Part shown: piece by piece, positions 39,892 through 42,780 of the stretch
Layout of the letters: every line of letters begins with the position of its first letter
Position numbering within the stretch: the stretch's first letter is position 1
Virus record (IMG/VR): IMGVR_UViG_3300045988_170124
Coordinates: 1-42,780 of that record
DNA from: a virus
Length of the DNA: 42,780 bases
Reading direction: 5' to 3' (one strand)
Notes under the pieces: model-generated
The model's database searches: none
What the model saw: only the letters and a program-made list of their open reading frames with translations
What the model was told of the DNA's origin: nothing
Program-made: the position numbers and the translations under genes

Positions 39892-40727
39892 GCCGCCTCT
39901 CCGAAAACGTCAGCCGAAAGCGGCCGGCGCATTGAGTTGCCTAAAAACTGATAAGCGACGCACTTGCCGCGGATGCGGTCCACAAGGCGCGGGCCGAGAA
40001 CGTTGTTAAGGTCTGCCGGGCGCAGATTCGAGAGGAAAATCGTCGGGCGGTTTTCTGAAATCCGGCTGTCGATGATCGAAAAAAGAATCTGCTTCTCGTT
40101 TTCGGTGCCGGCCTGGACACCGACCTCATCAATCACAAGCAGGGAGACCTCCGAGAAAAGCCGAATTGCGTCAAAACTTGTTCTGTCGCTTTTTCCGCTC
40201 CAGGTGCTACGGACGTATTGGATGATGTCTGTAGCGCGCGTATAGACGCCTTCTGACCGCGGCAAAAGGGCATGAAGAATGGCGCACGCCAAATGACTTT
40301 TGCCGGTCCCCGGGTTACCGAAGAAAAAGAGTCCGTAGCCGGTCTCTTTCGCCTTTTCCCAACCGCGCACGAACCGGCAGGCGAGGTCCAGCGCGCCTTG
40401 TTGGTTTTTCGTCTCGGCCAGAAAGTTCGAGAATGTTTTGGTGCGGTATTCGGCCGGGATGCAGGAGCGCCGTAATGCCTCCTCGATGCGGTCGCGGGCT
40501 TCGGCCGCTTTCTGAGCCTTTTCGTAGGCCTCACGCTCTGCCTGGCGGCGTTTACGTTCGATCAGTGCGCACTCAGGACACTGAGACTCACACACGACCT
40601 GCCCGCCCAAAACGGTCTGAATACCGTTATACGGTCCGTGAATTGCGCAGTTCAAAACGGCGCCCCTGCGGATCGGCAGAGGGACTGCGTCCTGCGAGGA
40701 TTCGATGATGGCTGAAAATGTCTGCAT
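39888..40727 (-). CDS. DnaC/IstB-like AAA+ helicase loader with N-terminal zinc-ribbon
   Basis: Walker A FFFGNPGTGKSHLACAI, Walker B LLVIDEVG, and an N-terminal Cys cluster CAIHG...CESQCPEC. Confidence 0.85.
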   Translation of the reverse strand: MQTFSAIIESSQDAVPLPIRRGAVLNCAIHGPYNGIQTVLGGQVVCESQCPECALIERKRRQAEREAYEKAQKAAEARDRIEEALRRSCIPAEYRTKTFSNFLAETKNQQGALDLACRFVRGWEKAKETGYGLFFFGNPGTGKSHLACAILHALLPRSEGVYTRATDIIQYVRSTWSGKSDRTSFDAIRLFSEVSLLVIDEVGVQAGTENEKQILFSIIDSRISENRPTIFLSNLRPADLNNVLGPRLVDRIRGKCVAYQFLGNSMRRPLSADVFGEAA

Positions 40728-40733
40728 GGTTGC

Positions 40734-41546
40734 TTACCCCCAATTGGCCGTACCGTCCGGATTCATTGATCCCTCGTAGTAGGCCTCGTCAAAAACTTCA
40801 GGTTGTTGGTGTGCGGTTGATCCCGCGGGTTTTCTCGATGCGATTTCTTTCTCGCGCTTGACCCAGTTGAGCCACGATTGATTCCATCCCTTGCCGCTAC
40901 GCATGGTGTCCTTGCCCTTGCCGATCCGGTAGTAGCCCGAGAAGCTGGCAAAGACCGTGTCGGGGTTGAGGTCAGGCCGAAGCTGCTCGCAGAACGTCCG
41001 CCAGTCTTCGGGCAGGGTGTCGAGGTTGAATGCGTGCGTGATTGCCTGCCGCTTTTCTTTCTTCTTTCTTTCTGTCTCTTTATTGGTTATTGGTTCTTGG
41101 TTATTGGTTAGCATTGCGTCCGCATTGCGTTCGCTATGCGTTTGCATTCCGTTCGCATCTGCGTCCGCATTGCAAGTGCATCCGTTTTGCATGTCGCTTG
41201 CATTTGCGTCTGAGGCTTTCTTTCCCCTTGAGCCCTTATTCCATCGGGCTTGAGCAGACTTCGCGGCCTTCTCGGACTTCTCCGCGGCCTTGGCAATCTC
41301 TTCATCGCACCGGCGATGCGCATAAACGTCACCTTCACGATGGAAAAAGCGGTCAAGCACATATTCCAGTGCGGCTTTCTCTTCCGGCGCATATGCTCGG
41401 GAGATGCGTTCGCATTCCGAACGCATAAGCGGACGCTCGACTGAGTAGTAGAGCATCAACAAATCTATGTAGACACCCTTTTCGAGTGGCGACAAAAGTC
41501 GCGTGCTCGAATCCCAGTCACCTACGTGAAACTGAACGTAGTTCAT
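40734..41546 (-). CDS. DUF1376 / YdaU-family replication initiation-type protein
   Basis: The N-terminus YVQFHVGDWDSSTRLLSPLEKGVYIDLLMLYYSVERPL matches DUF1376. GGGAGG RBS. It is followed by the helicase loader and contains a DNA repeat array (see the origin feature). Confidence 0.8.
   Translation of the reverse strand: MNYVQFHVGDWDSSTRLLSPLEKGVYIDLLMLYYSVERPLMRSECERISRAYAPEEKAALEYVLDRFFHREGDVYAHRRCDEEIAKAAEKSEKAAKSAQARWNKGSRGKKASDANASDMQNGCTCNADADANGMQTHSERNADAMLTNNQEPITNKETERKKKEKRQAITHAFNLDTLPEDWRTFCEQLRPDLNPDTVFASFSGYYRIGKGKDTMRSGKGWNQSWLNWVKREKEIASRKPAGSTAHQQPEVFDEAYYEGSMNPDGTANWG
41052..41211. repeat. Candidate origin of replication inside the initiator gene: Py tract + 4 x 7-bp repeats + 9 x 11/12-bp iterons
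   Basis: - There are nine contiguous units beginning GCAT/GCTA: 41111, 41122, 41133, 41144, 41155, 41167, 41178, 41189, 41200. The consensus is about GCATTGCGTYC.
- Four tandem T(A/C)TTGGT units lie at 41081-41108.
- An almost pure pyrimidine run lies at 41052-41080. Confidence 0.6.
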
Positions 41547-41560
41547 GGCGAGCCTCCCGG

Positions 41561-41794
41561 CTACTTGCCCGTGCTTTCAATGAGTTCCCAATCGATCTGA
41601 GGAAGAATCGCCCGACGGGAAACCTGCCGGCGCGTTGCCTCTTCGAGTTTGCAAGCAAGCGTGACGGACACACGACGTTCCGGGTGGTTGACGATGTTGT
41701 AAAAGTAGTTGAGTTTGATCCCGCACTTTTTGCAAATGGCCTTTTTCTCGACCGACGCAAGGGAGCGAAAATACTGCGATGCAGAGGGAAGCAT
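41561..41794 (-). CDS. Cro-like HTH regulator (YdaS/Cro family, 77 aa)
   Basis: KKAICKKCGIKLNYFYNIVNHPERRVSVTLACKLEEATRRQVSRRAILPQIDW fits the YdaS-type HTH pattern. It is divergent from the repressor gene and is the first gene of the replication/late operon. Confidence 0.7.
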   Translation of the reverse strand: MLPSASQYFRSLASVEKKAICKKCGIKLNYFYNIVNHPERRVSVTLACKLEEATRRQVSRRAILPQIDWELIESTGK

Positions 41795-41832
41795 GAGAAC
41801 TACTCCGTTTTAGTTCAATTATGGGTACTGGA

Positions 41833-41862
41833 ATACTACCCCATGCATTCCCCAAAAGTCAA
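41833..41862 (-). promoter_or_regulatory. Candidate rightward-switch promoter for the cro-like operon (TTGACT - 18 nt - TAGTAT on the - strand)
   Basis: -35 at 41857-41862 and -10 at 41833-41838, read on the - strand. It is overlapped by ATGGGTA (41821-41827) - N9 - TACCCCAT (41837-41844). Confidence 0.5.
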
Positions 41863-41884
41863 CCAATACGGATCAAAACTTTCC

Positions 41885-41914
41885 TAGACTTTGCGCGACA
41901 ATCTAACCCATAAT
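41885..41914 (+). promoter_or_regulatory. Candidate repressor-maintenance promoter (TAGACT - 18 nt - CATAAT)
   Basis: The -10 CATAAT (41909-41914) lies inside a third ACCCAT-type site, AACCCATAAT (41905-41914). The strong RBS AAGAGGAGG precedes ATG 41947. Confidence 0.4.
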
Positions 41915-41946
41915 TTGACCTAGCCGGACTAAGAGGAGGACAAATA

Positions 41947-42618
41947 ATGGTTGATGATGAACTGACAGCTCGTCGCCGGGTTAATCTGCGACGTATCGCC
42001 GATGAGTTAGGTGGAGCCGCTGCTGTTGCCAGGAAGACTCAAAAGAGCGTCCAACAAATAAGCAGTATGCTCAACGGCACCAAGTCCTTTGGCTCAAAGA
42101 TCGCTCGTGACATAGAACCTAAACTGGGGCTTCCCCTGCAAAGCCTGGATAAGGAAGCGCCAAATTTTGTAGTTGCAGCGGAAACGCCTGAAGCTACGGG
42201 GTACGTGCGCATTACAGCGCTTGAGGCGCGTAAAGAGTACAACCTGATGCGCATTCAGGAATTGAGCAAAATCAGGCTGATGGAGTGCAAAGAAGATTGG
42301 CTGTACGAACAAGCTCTTTCCACATCCAAGCCCAGTGCGCTAAAGCTATTCTCTGCGCCATCGGACAACATGGAGCCAGAAATTCTCCAAGGCGGATCAG
42401 TCGTCGTTGACATCTCGCAAAACACTTTCACCGCCAACGGCATATACGCCATGACGTATCAGGGTTCGGCATTCATATATCGGATACAGATGAACCCTGA
42501 CGGATCAGTATATTTTTTGTCGGATAATCCAAAATATGAAAAGATGGTAGTGAAGGACACGTCCAACATCGTGATAGTTGGACGGTGTGTCGGCTGCTGT
42601 AACACGCACTCGCTCTAA
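41947..42618 (+). CDS. CI-type repressor: N-terminal HTH + C-terminal S24 (LexA/CI) fold with substituted catalytic dyad
   Basis: N-terminal HTH: LRRIADELGGAAAVARKTQKSVQQISSMLNG. The C-terminal region aligns by eye to lambda CI and LexA: SDNMEP against G(D/N)SM(T/E)P, AFIYRI against FTFKKL/VTVKRL, and FLSDNPKYE against FLQPLNPQYP. Confidence 0.8.
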   Translation: MVDDELTARRRVNLRRIADELGGAAAVARKTQKSVQQISSMLNGTKSFGSKIARDIEPKLGLPLQSLDKEAPNFVVAAETPEATGYVRITALEARKEYNLMRIQELSKIRLMECKEDWLYEQALSTSKPSALKLFSAPSDNMEPEILQGGSVVVDISQNTFTANGIYAMTYQGSAFIYRIQMNPDGSVYFLSDNPKYEKMVVKDTSNIVIVGRCVGCCNTHSL

Positions 42619-42645
42619 TAAAATTCCATTGTTCATCAAATCTCA

Positions 42646-42670
42646 AGCCCGCGCACTGCGGGCTTTTTTG
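42646..42670 (+). terminator. Intrinsic terminator after the repressor gene
   Basis: AGCCCGC-gcact-GCGGGCT followed by TTTTTTG. The terminal repeat begins inside the 3' stem. Confidence 0.8.
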
Positions 42671-42780
42671 TTGCCTTTTTGACTCCTATCAAAAACCGGT
42701 CACCTAACCAGAATACCCTGAAGTCATCTTTTATAGTTGACAAGCAGGTTAGTGATGTGGTTTAATTTCGGGTACGCAGA
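42662..42780. repeat. Terminal direct repeat, copy 2 (identical to 1..119)
   Basis: Direct reading; see copy 1. Confidence 0.95.

Noticed and set aside
41111-41211. Short tandem repeat array, considered as a possible CRISPR-like or protein-repeat feature
   Set aside because: The units are contiguous with no spacers, only 11-12 bp long, and lie inside an ORF. This is not a CRISPR array. The period is not a multiple of 3, so it is not a peptide repeat. It is interpreted as iterons instead.
1-42780. Search for a diversity-generating retroelement, retron, CRISPR array, or tRNA/tmRNA genes, which are common extras in related temperate podophages
   Set aside because: No reverse-transcriptase-like ORF (no YxDD motif protein), no template/variable repeat pair in the fibre genes by eye, no repeat-spacer array, and no cloverleaf-compatible sequence were found. 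Absence is stated with moderate confidence only, because this was a visual scan.

Overview
The window is a single, essentially complete temperate phage genome. Bases 1-119 recur exactly at 42662-42780, so the unit is 42,661 bp and either circular or terminally redundant.

The virion module looks podovirus-like: a T7-type portal, tail-tubular A/B-like proteins, and three large internal or ejection proteins, one of them a 1639-aa polyvalent protein. Embedded Rz/Rz1-type spanins and lipoproteins point to a diderm host.

Layout:
- **Early operon, + strand (76-5145):** YqaJ exonuclease, RecT, an excisionase-like HTH, an internal consensus promoter with a long leader, and a Rha/KilAC antirepressor.
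- **AT-richer block, - strand (5204-7745):** P4-type integrase, lipoprotein and a small secreted basic protein, translationally coupled. A repeat-rich candidate attP follows at 7783-8137.
- **Cargo and lysis, - strand (8139-11243):** unknown small genes, a Com-like zinc ribbon, DUF3310, spanins, an M15 endolysin and a holin.
- **Head and tail-tube module, + strand (11343-17222):** scaffold, major capsid, decoration protein, tubular A and B.
- **Long late/replication operon, - strand (41794 down to 17770):** Cro-like regulator, DUF1376 initiator with an internal iteron origin, DnaC-like loader, DUF1064 nuclease, TerS, TerL, two receptor-binding proteins, a promoter-gene-terminator moron, GNAT, portal and internal proteins.
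- **Repressor, + strand (41947-42618):** a CI-type repressor.

The most interesting observations:
- A CI repressor whose S24 catalytic Ser and Lys both appear substituted. It is paired with an antirepressor operon whose promoter start site carries a GTTC-N4-GAAC palindrome.
- A self-contained moron inside the late operon, encoding a 78-aa protein plus a 173-aa protein with an HEPN-like R-x4-H motif.
- A DNA-level array of 9 x 11-bp iterons inside the initiator gene.
- Compositionally foreign membrane, lipoprotein and secreted-protein cargo.

No tRNA, rRNA, CRISPR array or reverse transcriptase was seen. All family assignments come from motif recognition by eye, not from searches.
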